Assembly: GCA_023819145.1 (NCBI GenBank)
Contig: JAMWCW010000003.1
Location: forward strand, 78,887-142,886
DNA length: 64,000 nt
From: Candidatus Omnitrophota bacterium
GTDB lineage: Bacteria; Omnitrophota; Gorgyraeia; DTHP01
Reading direction: 5' to 3'
In this document: one piece after another, positions 11,687 to 21,133 of the stretch
Position numbering within the stretch: the stretch's first letter is position 1
How the letters are laid out: each line of letters starts with the position of its first letter
The notes under the pieces: model-generated
What the model saw: the letters and a program-made list of their open reading frames with translations, nothing else
Told to the model about the DNA's origin: nothing
Database searches by the model: none
Program-made: the position numbers and the translations under genes

Positions 11687-12418
11687 GTGATTTATATGTG
11701 GAATATAATTCTGTTAGTTCTTGCAATTTTTGCGATAATTATTGTTTTAATTTCCATTATCTTCCGTCCAGAAATAAAGGCTGCTTCAGAGCGTGACCCG
11801 GCAGCAAAATCGGCTTTGGAAATAATCTTAAATTATCCTAGTCTTCACGCCCTCATTTTTTATCGCATCTCCCATCTTTTCTGGAATCTGAAGATTCCCT
11901 TGATTCCGCGTTGTATTTCGCAGTTTGCCCGTAATGTTACAGGAATCGAGATTCATCCCGGAGCAAAGATTGGCAAAGGGTTTTTTATCGATCACGGTAT
12001 GGGGGTGGTCATTGGAGAAACTACGGTTATTGGAGACAACGTTACTTTATATCAAGGAGTTACTTTAGGGGGAACGGGCAAAGAAAAAGGTAAACGGCAT
12101 CCTACAATTGGGAATAATGTAGTTATTGGAGCAGGGGCGAAGGTTTTGGGAAATATTGTTATTGGCGATAACGTTCAGATTGGAGCAAACGCCGTCGTGA
12201 TAAAGGATGTTCCTTCCAATTGTACAGTAGTAGGGGTTCCGGGGAGAGTTGTAAAGCATGAAGGTGTTCCTGTGCCTACGATTAGTTTAGACCATACTAA
12301 TCTTCCTGATCCCCTGGCGCAAGCGGTTGAACGTTTACAGAGCGAGATTGAATTGATTGAGAAACAGTTGAAAGAATGGAGGACTAAAAAAAGTAGTGAT
12401 AAAGATGATAAATCATAG
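11687..12418 (+). CDS. cysE: Serine O-acetyltransferase with an N-terminal hydrophobic helix
   Basis: [27 protein letters not shown], hexapeptide repeats. Confidence 0.93.
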   Translation: MIYMWNIILLVLAIFAIIIVLISIIFRPEIKAASERDPAAKSALEIILNYPSLHALIFYRISHLFWNLKIPLIPRCISQFARNVTGIEIHPGAKIGKGFFIDHGMGVVIGETTVIGDNVTLYQGVTLGGTGKEKGKRHPTIGNNVVIGAGAKVLGNIVIGDNVQIGANAVVIKDVPSNCTVVGVPGRVVKHEGVPVPTISLDHTNLPDPLAQAVERLQSEIELIEKQLKEWRTKKSSDKDDKS

Positions 12419-12480
12419 ATTATAAATCCCCTACTTCTAAACAGATTGATTCTTAGTATTTATGGTTTTGGGTAAATGGG

Positions 12481-13920
12481 ATGGGAATAAGGATTTTTAA
12501 TACATTAACTGGCAAAAAAGAAATTTTTAGACCTATAAATAAGGGTAAGGTGAGGATCTATGTTTGTGGTCCTACAGTTTATGATGAACCGCACATTGGA
12601 CATCTACGTTCTGCCTACATTTTTGAAGTAATCAGACGATATTTGATTTTCAGAGGATATAAGGTTAAATTTGTAAAAAATATTACCGATGTTGATGATA
12701 AGATAATTGAAAAGGCAAAAGAAGAAATTAAATCACTATCTACTAATCCTCAGCCCCCAGTAGATTTAAAGAGTAAAGTTAGGGAAGTAGCAGAAAGGTA
12801 TCTCAAGAAATATCACGAAGCGATGGAAGTTTTTGGTATAACTCCTCCAGATGTAGAGCCGAAAGTAACCGAACATATTCCCGAGATATTAAAAATTATA
12901 GAAGGGCTAATTAAGAAAGGTTTTGCTTATGAAAAAGAAGGTGATGTGTATTTCCGAGTAAAAAGGTTTTCTCGTTATGGTAAGTTGTCAAATCAGAGCA
13001 CGGAAGAATTAATTACTGGTGCACGTGTTGAACCAGACGATAAAAAAGAAGACCCTCTGGATTTTGCTCTCTGGAAGAAAGCTAAAGAAGATGAACCAAG
13101 CTGGCAGACTCCGTGGGGAGAAGGTCGTCCTGGATGGCATATAGAATGTTCTGCAATGAGTATGCGATATTTAGGGAAGAATTTTGATGTGCATGGAGGA
13201 GGTAAAGATTTAATCTTTCCTCACCATGAAAATGAAATTGCTCAAGCCGAAGTTTATACCCGGAAAAGATTTGCCAACTACTGGATTCATAATGGTCTAT
13301 TGACTATAAATGGCGAAAAAATGGCGAAGTCTCTGGGAAACTTTATCTCTGCAGATGAGATTTTCAAAAGGTATCATCCCGAGGTTTTGAAACTTTTTTT
13401 TCTCTCTGCGCATTACAGCCATCCCATAGATTTTAGTGATAAGAAAATGGATGAGGCAAAAAGGGCACGAGAGAGATTTTATATATTACTTAGGAAAATA
13501 GATGAAAGCATACCATTTAACGCTCACCAGTCACCAGTTAAGAAAAAAAAGTCAGCGACTGCTGTTGATAGGTTTCGGAAAGAATTTGTATCCGCGATGG
13601 ATGATGATTTTAATACTTGCCGTGCGTTAGCAGTTCTTTTTGAAATGGTAAATTTTGCTAATAAAAGTCTCGATAAAAAAAGTATTCTTATAGAGGTAAA
13701 GAGATTACTTTTAGATTTAGGCAAAATATTTGGTTTGTTTGAGAGACAAGAGAGAGAGGAGGTATTAGAGAGTTTAATGAAATTGATTATTTATATCAGA
13801 CAGGCTCTGCGCGAAAGAAAGGATTATACTTTAGCGGATAAAATAAGAAAGGATTTAAAAGAAATAGGGATAATTTTGGAAGACGATGCGAAAAATACAA
13901 GCTGGCGTTTCGAAGCGTAA
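12481..13920 (+). CDS. cysS: Cysteine--tRNA ligase
   Basis: CGPTVY..PHIGH, GWHIECSAM, KMAKS. Confidence 0.97.
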   Translation: MGIRIFNTLTGKKEIFRPINKGKVRIYVCGPTVYDEPHIGHLRSAYIFEVIRRYLIFRGYKVKFVKNITDVDDKIIEKAKEEIKSLSTNPQPPVDLKSKVREVAERYLKKYHEAMEVFGITPPDVEPKVTEHIPEILKIIEGLIKKGFAYEKEGDVYFRVKRFSRYGKLSNQSTEELITGARVEPDDKKEDPLDFALWKKAKEDEPSWQTPWGEGRPGWHIECSAMSMRYLGKNFDVHGGGKDLIFPHHENEIAQAEVYTRKRFANYWIHNGLLTINGEKMAKSLGNFISADEIFKRYHPEVLKLFFLSAHYSHPIDFSDKKMDEAKRARERFYILLRKIDESIPFNAHQSPVKKKKSATAVDRFRKEFVSAMDDDFNTCRALAVLFEMVNFANKSLDKKSILIEVKRLLLDLGKIFGLFERQEREEVLESLMKLIIYIRQALRERKDYTLADKIRKDLKEIGIILEDDAKNTSWRFEA

Positions 13921-13935
13921 TACAAAAAATTTATT

Positions 13936-14865
13936 ATGAAAGTACGCACAAAGGAAACTTTAACTGCTTACTTATTTCTTTTGCCCAATTTCTTAGGATT
14001 TTTGGTTTTTACCTCTCTTCCTGTAATTTTTTCTCTAATTTTGAGTTTTTTTGATTGGGATATATTGAATCCTCCCAAATTTGTGGGTTTAGGTAATTTT
14101 ATAAAACTGTTGGGTTTTAGTTTTACTGATAAAACACTCACTTTCAATGATCCTCATTTCTGGTATTATGTTTTTAATACTGTTTTTCTGATGCTGGTAA
14201 TTCCTCTGGAGATATTTGGGGCGCTAGTTATTGCTTTAGCCTTAAATCAAAGAATTCGGGGTATTGTTTTTTATCGCACTATTTTTTATTTGCCTTATAT
14301 CTCCTCGGGTGTCGCTACGGCAATAATATGGAGGGGGATTTTAAACCCGGATTTCGGTCTTCTTAATACAATTATTGCCAAGTTGGGTAATTTTTTGCAT
14401 TTAAGTTTTCAAGGGCCGAATTGGCTCTCTCATCCTTTTTGGGCAAGGATTTCTATGATGCTTGTAGGGCTATGGACAATTATTGGAGGAAATAACTGCC
14501 TTCTTTTTTTGGCTGCTCTTCAGGGGATCCCACGCGACTTATACGAAGCGGCGGAGATAGATGGAGCAAATTCCTGGCAGAAATTCTGGAGAATTACCTG
14601 GCCGATGATTTCCCCGACGACCTTCTTTATTGCCATTATGAGTATTATAGGAGGTTTTCAAGGTGGTTTTATGCTTGCCTATATTATGACCGGTGGTGGA
14701 CCGGGAGGAGCGACTACTACCATTGAATATTATATTTTTAATAACCTCTATACCTTCCAAAAAGCAGGTTATGCTGCCAGCATTGCTTGGGTTTTATTTT
14801 TGATAATTCTTTTCTTCACAAGACTTTCCTGGAAGTTTGGAGGCAAAAAAGTAGAATATCATTGA
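13936..14865 (+). CDS. Carbohydrate ABC transporter permease
   Basis: EAA motif (LYEAAEIDGAN), six TM helices. Confidence 0.9.
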   Translation: MKVRTKETLTAYLFLLPNFLGFLVFTSLPVIFSLILSFFDWDILNPPKFVGLGNFIKLLGFSFTDKTLTFNDPHFWYYVFNTVFLMLVIPLEIFGALVIALALNQRIRGIVFYRTIFYLPYISSGVATAIIWRGILNPDFGLLNTIIAKLGNFLHLSFQGPNWLSHPFWARISMMLVGLWTIIGGNNCLLFLAALQGIPRDLYEAAEIDGANSWQKFWRITWPMISPTTFFIAIMSIIGGFQGGFMLAYIMTGGGPGGATTTIEYYIFNNLYTFQKAGYAASIAWVLFLIILFFTRLSWKFGGKKVEYH

Positions 14866-14929
14866 AATATGAATAAGGTTTAAAGAAGATGAAAAAGTTG
14901 ATTTTATAACCGCGGAAGAGTCCAAGAAA

Positions 14930-15772
14930 ATGAAGAGAAGAAGGGAATTTTTAAAGAAATTTACGGTATATGTTTTACTTTCTTTGATTGGTGTAAGCAT
15001 GGTCTTACCATTCTTATGGATGGTTTCTACTTCACTTAAAGAAGCCGAAGCGGTATTTATACAAGTAAAGCCGTGGTGGCGTAACTGGATTCCTCAGAAA
15101 ATTGTCTGGGCTAACTATTATCGTGCTTGGAAGGCAGTTCCTTTTGGTAGGTTTTATCTCAACAGTATTATTGTAGCTTTTTGTGTTACTATAGGAGTAG
15201 TTTTTACCAGTTCGTTTGCTGCTTATGCCTTTAGCCGACTAAATTTCCCTGGAAGGGACAAATTGTTTTTTGCATACATCGCTACAATGATGATACCTGG
15301 TTCAGTAATCATAATTCCCCAGTTTGCTTTAATAAGAATTATGGGATGGATTGATACTTACCGGGCTTTAATTATTCCTGCTATGTTTACCGCCTTTGGG
15401 ACATTTCTTTTGAGGCAGTTTTTTATGACCATACCCAAAGACCTTGAAGATGCAGCTAAAATTGATGGTTGTGGTTATTTTGGGATTTATTGGAGAATTA
15501 TTCTGCCCCTCTCCAAACCAGCATTATCTACACTTACCATTTTCACCTTTCAGGGTAATTGGGGTTCTTTTATGTGGCCTCTTCTTGTTACCAATAGAAC
15601 CGAATTACGTACCCTTCCCATTGGTTTAGAGTATTTTAAGAGTCAGTATACCACTGACTGGACTCTACTTATGGCAGGTTCAGTAATGGTCATTCTTCCC
15701 ATAATACTCCTTTTTATCTTTAATCAACGATTTTTTGTAGAAGGAGTAAAACTGAGTGGTATAAAGGGTTAA
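14930..15772 (+). CDS. Carbohydrate ABC transporter permease
   Basis: EAA motif (LEDAAKIDGC), six TM helices. Confidence 0.9.
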   Translation: MKRRREFLKKFTVYVLLSLIGVSMVLPFLWMVSTSLKEAEAVFIQVKPWWRNWIPQKIVWANYYRAWKAVPFGRFYLNSIIVAFCVTIGVVFTSSFAAYAFSRLNFPGRDKLFFAYIATMMIPGSVIIIPQFALIRIMGWIDTYRALIIPAMFTAFGTFLLRQFFMTIPKDLEDAAKIDGCGYFGIYWRIILPLSKPALSTLTIFTFQGNWGSFMWPLLVTNRTELRTLPIGLEYFKSQYTTDWTLLMAGSVMVILPIILLFIFNQRFFVEGVKLSGIKG

Positions 15773-15791
15773 CGTATTTAAAACAAATTTT

Positions 15792-16409
15792 ATGAAAAGG
15801 GGAATATTTATTACTTTTGAAGGTCCGGAAGGTAGTGGTAAATCTACCCATGCAAAAAGATTATCTAGTTTTTTAAAGAGCAAAGGACATTCTGTAATTC
15901 TTCTGAGAGAACCCGGGGGGACAAAGATAAGCGAAGAAATAAGGAGGATTCTATTGGATAAAAGAAATAAGAAAATAGATAGTAAAACGGAGGCACTTCT
16001 CTATCTGGCTGCGCGCGCCCAGTTAGTTAAGGAAAAAATAACCCCTGCTTTAAAAAGCGGTAGAATTGTTATTTTGGACCGTTTTCAAGATTCTACTATT
16101 GTTTATCAGGGACACGGCGGAGGATTGGATTTATCCCTTCTGGATAAACTGGGTAGATTTGTCACGGAAGGATTAATTCCTGATTTGACTTTTCTTCTTG
16201 ATATAAATACCAAAGAAGGTTTAAGAAGATGCGGTCTAAAAGACCGCATGGAGAAAAAATCTTTTTCCTTCCATCAAAGGGTAAGAAAAGGATATTTAGA
16301 ATTGGCTAAAAAAAACCCAAAAAGATTTTTTCTGATAGAAGTAGATAGAGATATTGATGCCGTTAGTAAAAGAATAGAGAAAAAAGTTTTGGAAATAATT
16401 TCAAGATGA
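15792..16409 (+). CDS. tmk: Thymidylate kinase
   Basis: FITFEGPEGSGKST, REPGGT, LDRF. Confidence 0.96.
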   Translation: MKRGIFITFEGPEGSGKSTHAKRLSSFLKSKGHSVILLREPGGTKISEEIRRILLDKRNKKIDSKTEALLYLAARAQLVKEKITPALKSGRIVILDRFQDSTIVYQGHGGGLDLSLLDKLGRFVTEGLIPDLTFLLDINTKEGLRRCGLKDRMEKKSFSFHQRVRKGYLELAKKNPKRFFLIEVDRDIDAVSKRIEKKVLEIISR

Positions 16410-17365
16410 GAAAAACAATTTTCCAAGAAAGCATAATTAATCTTTTGATAAACTCTTTTAAACAGAATAAGCTTAGTCATGCCTATATTTTTTTAGGACC
16501 GGAGGGAGTAGGCAAAGCTTTTACCGCAAAGTATTTTGCCCAATTTGTTAATTGCGAAAATAAAGACATTAGTCCCTGTTTTAGATGTTCAAATTGCATC
16601 AAGATTGAGAATGGCAATCACCCCGATGTGCATTGGGTAAGACCAGAGGATAATTCTCAAGGTATAAAAATTGAAGCAATTCGCAACCTGCAAGAGAGAG
16701 TTTCCCTTAAGCCCTATGAGGCAAAATTCAAAATATTTGTTATTGAAAAAGCCGACTTTATTTTGGAAGACGCGGGTAATTGCCTGCTCAAGACTTTAGA
16801 AGAACCACCCGGTAATTCCCTTTTGATTCTTCTTGCTGAAGAAAGGGAGAGATTTCTTCCTACAATCATATCTCGTTGCCAATTAGTAAGATTTCCTTTA
16901 TTAAAGAGAGAAATTATAGAAAAATTTCTCCAAGATAATTATCATTTGGATAAAATAAAAACTTATTTTTATAGTAAGCTTGCAGAAGGAAGCATAGGGA
17001 AAGCTATTACCTTGGTGAATTCTCATTATATAAATAAACGCAATTTAGTATTGGAAAATTTTTTGAAAAATAAAGAATTAGGCAATGAGTTGCTCTGGAA
17101 AGAAAAGAGAAATTTTTTAGAGGCTTTAAGTCTGTTAAGTGGAATATTTAGAGATGTGCTTTTAGAAAAATTTGGCTTAGACAATCTAATTATAAATATA
17201 GACCAGAAAGATTTAATTAGGGAGATAACGCTTCTTTATTCCCCTAAAGAGTTATATAATTTAATTGACAGATTTATTTTTTATTATGGCTTTATCCAGC
17301 ACAATGCTAATTTGCGACTGGCCTTTACTAATTTAGAGATGGATTTAGAGCGGAAAACAGGATGA
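16406..17365 (+). CDS. holB: DNA polymerase III delta' subunit
   Basis: HAYIFLGPEGVGK, zinc module, LLKTLEEPP, SRC motif; follows tmk. Confidence 0.92.
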   Translation: MRKTIFQESIINLLINSFKQNKLSHAYIFLGPEGVGKAFTAKYFAQFVNCENKDISPCFRCSNCIKIENGNHPDVHWVRPEDNSQGIKIEAIRNLQERVSLKPYEAKFKIFVIEKADFILEDAGNCLLKTLEEPPGNSLLILLAEERERFLPTIISRCQLVRFPLLKREIIEKFLQDNYHLDKIKTYFYSKLAEGSIGKAITLVNSHYINKRNLVLENFLKNKELGNELLWKEKRNFLEALSLLSGIFRDVLLEKFGLDNLIINIDQKDLIREITLLYSPKELYNLIDRFIFYYGFIQHNANLRLAFTNLEMDLERKTG

Positions 17366-17412
17366 ATTTTGCTAAACTATAAATATTATTATTTATTAGG
17401 AGGGCACATTTT

Positions 17413-18201
17413 ATGTTAGTGGCGCAGATAAAATTGAGAGAAGCGGGTAAAATTTCTCTTTTTGAGATAAGCGGAGAGATAAAACCGAAGATAGGAGATT
17501 TTGTGATTGTTGAACAGGATCGAGGTCTTGATTATGGACAGGTTCTTTCTGACCCAGAGACGGTTACAGATGTAGCCCAGGAAGAACCGGTATATAAAAT
17601 AGTGCGCATCGCTACCGCCGATGATTTAAGTCAAATAAATAAGAATAAACGCCGAATAAAAGGGGTTATAAATCTGTGTCTTAAAAAAATTGCTGAGCAT
17701 AAATTGGATATGAAATTGGTAGATGCGGAATATTCATTTGACCGCACAAAAATTATTTTTTATTTTACTGCCGAAGGAAGAATTGATTTCCGAGAACTAG
17801 TAAAAGATTTAGCCAAGGCATTTAAGGTAAGAATTGAATTGCGTCAGATTGGAGTGAGAGACGAAGCAAAAATGCTTGGAGGATTCGGCCCTTGTGGGAG
17901 GACTTTATGTTGTGCCACTTTCTTAAAAGATTTTGAACCGGTTACGATGCGGATGGCGAAAGACCAGAATTTACCCCTTAACCCCACGAAAATTTCTGGC
18001 TTATGTGGAAGGTTGATGTGTTGTTTAAGTTATGAAGCAGGATTGTATAAAGAGTTTTTACGCGGCCTACCTAAAGTGGGTGAATGGATAACAGTAGAAG
18101 GAGGGGTTAGGGGAAAGGTAGTGGAGTTAAATATTCTGAAACGAACTGCTACATTAGAATTAGAAGACGGAAGAAGAATAAATATAAGCTACAAGAAATA
18201 A
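17413..18201 (+). CDS. PSP1 domain protein (YaaT/RicT family)
   Basis: RIDFRELVKDL, RQIGVRDEAK, GPCGRTLCC, SGLCGRLMCCL. Confidence 0.93.
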   Translation: MLVAQIKLREAGKISLFEISGEIKPKIGDFVIVEQDRGLDYGQVLSDPETVTDVAQEEPVYKIVRIATADDLSQINKNKRRIKGVINLCLKKIAEHKLDMKLVDAEYSFDRTKIIFYFTAEGRIDFRELVKDLAKAFKVRIELRQIGVRDEAKMLGGFGPCGRTLCCATFLKDFEPVTMRMAKDQNLPLNPTKISGLCGRLMCCLSYEAGLYKEFLRGLPKVGEWITVEGGVRGKVVELNILKRTATLELEDGRRINISYKK

Positions 18202-18318
18202 ATCCGAATGTCAAATTTTCGAAATCCGAAACCGGATTAGTTAAACCCTAAATCTTTAATTCAAGAACCCAAAAGATTTGATTTATTTAGGATTTAGAGT
18301 CTTGAACTTAGAGTTTGA
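18200..18318. repeat. Degenerate heptamer repeats in inverted arrangement
   Basis: AAATCCG-type units on the left; TTTAGGA/TTAGAGT-type units on the right; CTAAATC/GATTTAG and TCAAGA/TCTTGA are complementary. Confidence 0.55.
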
Positions 18319-18352
18319 ACCGTATTTGTACTTGTTTTGAAATTATAAAGGA

Positions 18353-19873
18353 ATGGATAAGTTATATATCACTACACCGCTTTACTATGTTAACGCTACT
18401 CCCCATATTGGTCATTCTTATACCAATATTGCTGCCGATTGTTTAGCAAGGTTTATGCGTCTTAAAGGTAAAGAGGTATATTTTTTAACCGGAACCGATG
18501 AACATGGTCAGAAAATTTTTCGTTCTGCGCAAAATTCCGGTAAGAGTCCTCAGGAATTTGTAAACAGCATTGTTCCTCATTTTATTGATTTATGGAAAAC
18601 CCTTTCCATTTCTTATAATGACTTTATTCGCACTACTGAAGAAAGACACAAAAAGACAGTAAGTTTTGCTTTATCAAATCTTTATGATAAAAAAGATATT
18701 TACCTTACAGAATATAGTGGTTGGTATTGTACTCCCTGTGAAACATTCTGGACAGAGACCCAACTTGATTCTCCCCTTTGTCCTGATTGCCTGCGACCTT
18801 TAGAGGAACTAAAAGAAAAAAATTATTTTTTTCGTTTAGAAAAATACCGCAATTGGTTAATTAAACATATTGAGGAACACGCTTCTTTCATAAAACCCAT
18901 AAGCCGTAGAAACGAAATTCTTAAATTTTTAGAAAAACCCCTCAATGACTTATGCATTTCTCGTCCAAGAACACGTTTAGAATGGGGAATTCCTATCCCT
19001 TTTGATTCCGGATATGTTACCTATGTTTGGTTTGATGCTTTAATTAACTACATTTCCGCAATTGGTTTTGGTCAAGATGAGGGAAAATTTAGGAAATATT
19101 GGCCTTGTGATATTCATTTAGTAGGGAAAGATATTTTACGCCAGCATACAATTTACTGGCCAATAATGCTTCATGCTTTAGGAATTGAACTTCCAAAAAC
19201 TGTTTTTGCTCATGGTTGGTGGATGGTAGGAGAAGGGAAGATGTCTAAATCTAAAGGAAATATTGTTGACCCATTGGAGATGGTTAAAAAGCATGGTGAA
19301 GATGCCTATCGTTATTTTCTTTTAAGAGAAATTCCTTTTGGTCAAGATGGAAATTTTAGCGAGTCTGCTTTAATTTCACGCATAAATTCCGATTTAGCCA
19401 ATGATTTGGGGAATTTATATTTTAGGACCTTTGGAATGCTTGAAAAGTATTTTTCAGGAAAAATTCCTGAAGTTTCTCCTTTAGATAAAGTTTTTAAAGA
19501 AAAATTGGGAAAATTACCTCAAGAGTTAGAAGAAGCAATAGAAGATTTAAACTTTCAAGAAATGCTTATTTCTATTTGGGAGTTAGTTAATCTTGCCAAT
19601 AAATTTATTGAAGATTCTCGCCCTTGGGAACTTTCCAAAGAAAAAAAGATAGATGAACTTTCCTCCTTTCTGTATAACCTTATAGAAATTCTGCGTATTG
19701 TAACCATCTGTGTTTATCCCTTTATGCCTAAGTTTGCAGAAAAAGTCTGGAGACAATTAGGACAAAGAAAAGAACTTCAAGAAGTAAGTTTCTCAGAAAT
19801 TTATCAATGGGGTTTATCTATTCCAGGTACAGAAATAGAAAAAGGAACCCCTCTATTCCCAAGAATTATTTAA
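18353..19873 (+). CDS. metG: Methionine--tRNA ligase (short form)
   Basis: YITTPLYYVN..PHIGH, YVWFDAL, KMSKS; no C-terminal tRNA-binding domain. Confidence 0.96.
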   Translation: MDKLYITTPLYYVNATPHIGHSYTNIAADCLARFMRLKGKEVYFLTGTDEHGQKIFRSAQNSGKSPQEFVNSIVPHFIDLWKTLSISYNDFIRTTEERHKKTVSFALSNLYDKKDIYLTEYSGWYCTPCETFWTETQLDSPLCPDCLRPLEELKEKNYFFRLEKYRNWLIKHIEEHASFIKPISRRNEILKFLEKPLNDLCISRPRTRLEWGIPIPFDSGYVTYVWFDALINYISAIGFGQDEGKFRKYWPCDIHLVGKDILRQHTIYWPIMLHALGIELPKTVFAHGWWMVGEGKMSKSKGNIVDPLEMVKKHGEDAYRYFLLREIPFGQDGNFSESALISRINSDLANDLGNLYFRTFGMLEKYFSGKIPEVSPLDKVFKEKLGKLPQELEEAIEDLNFQEMLISIWELVNLANKFIEDSRPWELSKEKKIDELSSFLYNLIEILRIVTICVYPFMPKFAEKVWRQLGQRKELQEVSFSEIYQWGLSIPGTEIEKGTPLFPRII

Positions 19874-19876
19874 GGG

Positions 19877-20694
19877 ATAACCGAAATCGGTAAGATAAAA
19901 ATTAAATGGGATATAAAAGATAAATATATTATAGAGAGGGTTTTAGGACATTACCAAAAATTTCTCTCTAAAAGTAAGAAAAAGGATATTGAGCTTAAGG
20001 TCTATAACCGAAATTTTTCCTTCCTAAAAAATTCCCTCTGATCACTACGCAAAGCTGGGATTATTTAAGAACAAAAGATAAATTATATTTTTGTTTTTCT
20101 CGTGGAGAAAATAGTTCGGTTGCTTGCGTATCTTGTGATTTTAAAAAGATAGATTTTTATACCCCTAACAAACATGGCCAATTACTTCTTTATCTTTTCC
20201 CTGAACTTCTTTATAGTCTAATTCTTCCTGAATTCAATGGCCTTCTAATTCATGCCGGTGGGGTAAAATTAAATAAAAAAATATTTGTTTTTTAGCCCCT
20301 ACAGAAGGAGGAAAATCAACTTTAGCAAAGCTTGCTTTAAAGAAAGGTTTTCCTGTTTTAAATAACGACCGCATAATTTTAAGAAAAATTAGAAATAAAT
20401 TTATTGCCTTTGGTAATCCTTGGCATGGTGAAGTAAGAAAGACTTCCTCGGATTATGGTAAGATAAAAGAATTATTCTTCTTAGAAAAGGCAGAGAAAAT
20501 TATATTAAGGAAATAAATAAACAAGAAATGTTTCTTTACCTTTTAGGAAATACTTTCTGTTTTAGGGGAGATAAAGACCATTACAAAAAGTTGTAGATAT
20601 TATTTTAGAATTGATAGATAATATAAAAGGATATACTTTAGGTTTTGACCCCACTGTAAGTATCTGGAGGTATTTAGATGAAAGATTTAGATAA
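19877..20694 (+). pseudogene. HPr-kinase-related P-loop protein of the RiPP cassette, frameshifted
   Basis: Reconstructed across about four frameshifts: ...GLLIHAGGV...[L]APTEGGKSTL...LNNDRIIL...FGNPWHG...GFDPTVSIWRYL; no start codon found. Confidence 0.8.
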
Positions 20695-20977
20695 AGTTTT
20701 CAAGAAAAATACTGAGCTTGCCTGGAGAATAATTGATAATGAGACAATGATCATCCCCCTTGATGAGCAAACTGTAGATACCGAAAAAATTGAAGTTTTA
20801 AATCCTACTGCAACGTGTATCTGGGAATTAATTAATGGGGAAAATACATTAAAGGAGATAATTGAAAAAATATGTGAAGAATATGAAATTGAATATGAAG
20901 AGGCGGAAAAAGAGGTGCTCGGATTTATAAGAGATCTAAGGAATAAGAATTTGATTACCTTAGGAGGTGAGCGATGA
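20678..20977 (+). CDS. PqqD family RiPP recognition element
   Basis: LNPTATCIWELING..TLKEII..IC.EYE...DL...NLI pattern; GGAGG SD. Confidence 0.9.
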   Translation: MKDLDKVFKKNTELAWRIIDNETMIIPLDEQTVDTEKIEVLNPTATCIWELINGENTLKEIIEKICEEYEIEYEEAEKEVLGFIRDLRNKNLITLGGER

Positions 20978-21111
20978 AGAAAAATAAGAAGAAATGGGAG
21001 AAGCCCAAGGTGAAAGAGATGAAGCTAAGGAGGGGAATAAGTCTTTACCTTTGCGACAAGTTTCCCCAGACGGCGCCCTACCATGATATTTGTGCTTCAG
21101 ACTTCTCATGA
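20974..21111 (+). CDS. Putative RiPP precursor peptide, 45 aa: MKKNKKKWEKPKVKEMKLRRGISLYLCDKFPQTAPYHDICASDFS
   Basis: AGGAGGT SD, ATGA overlap with the PqqD stop, WxxPxV leader motif, two-Cys core; not in the ORF track. Confidence 0.8.
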   Translation: MKKNKKKWEKPKVKEMKLRRGISLYLCDKFPQTAPYHDICASDFS

Positions 21112-21133
21112 TTTATACTAAAATTATATATGT

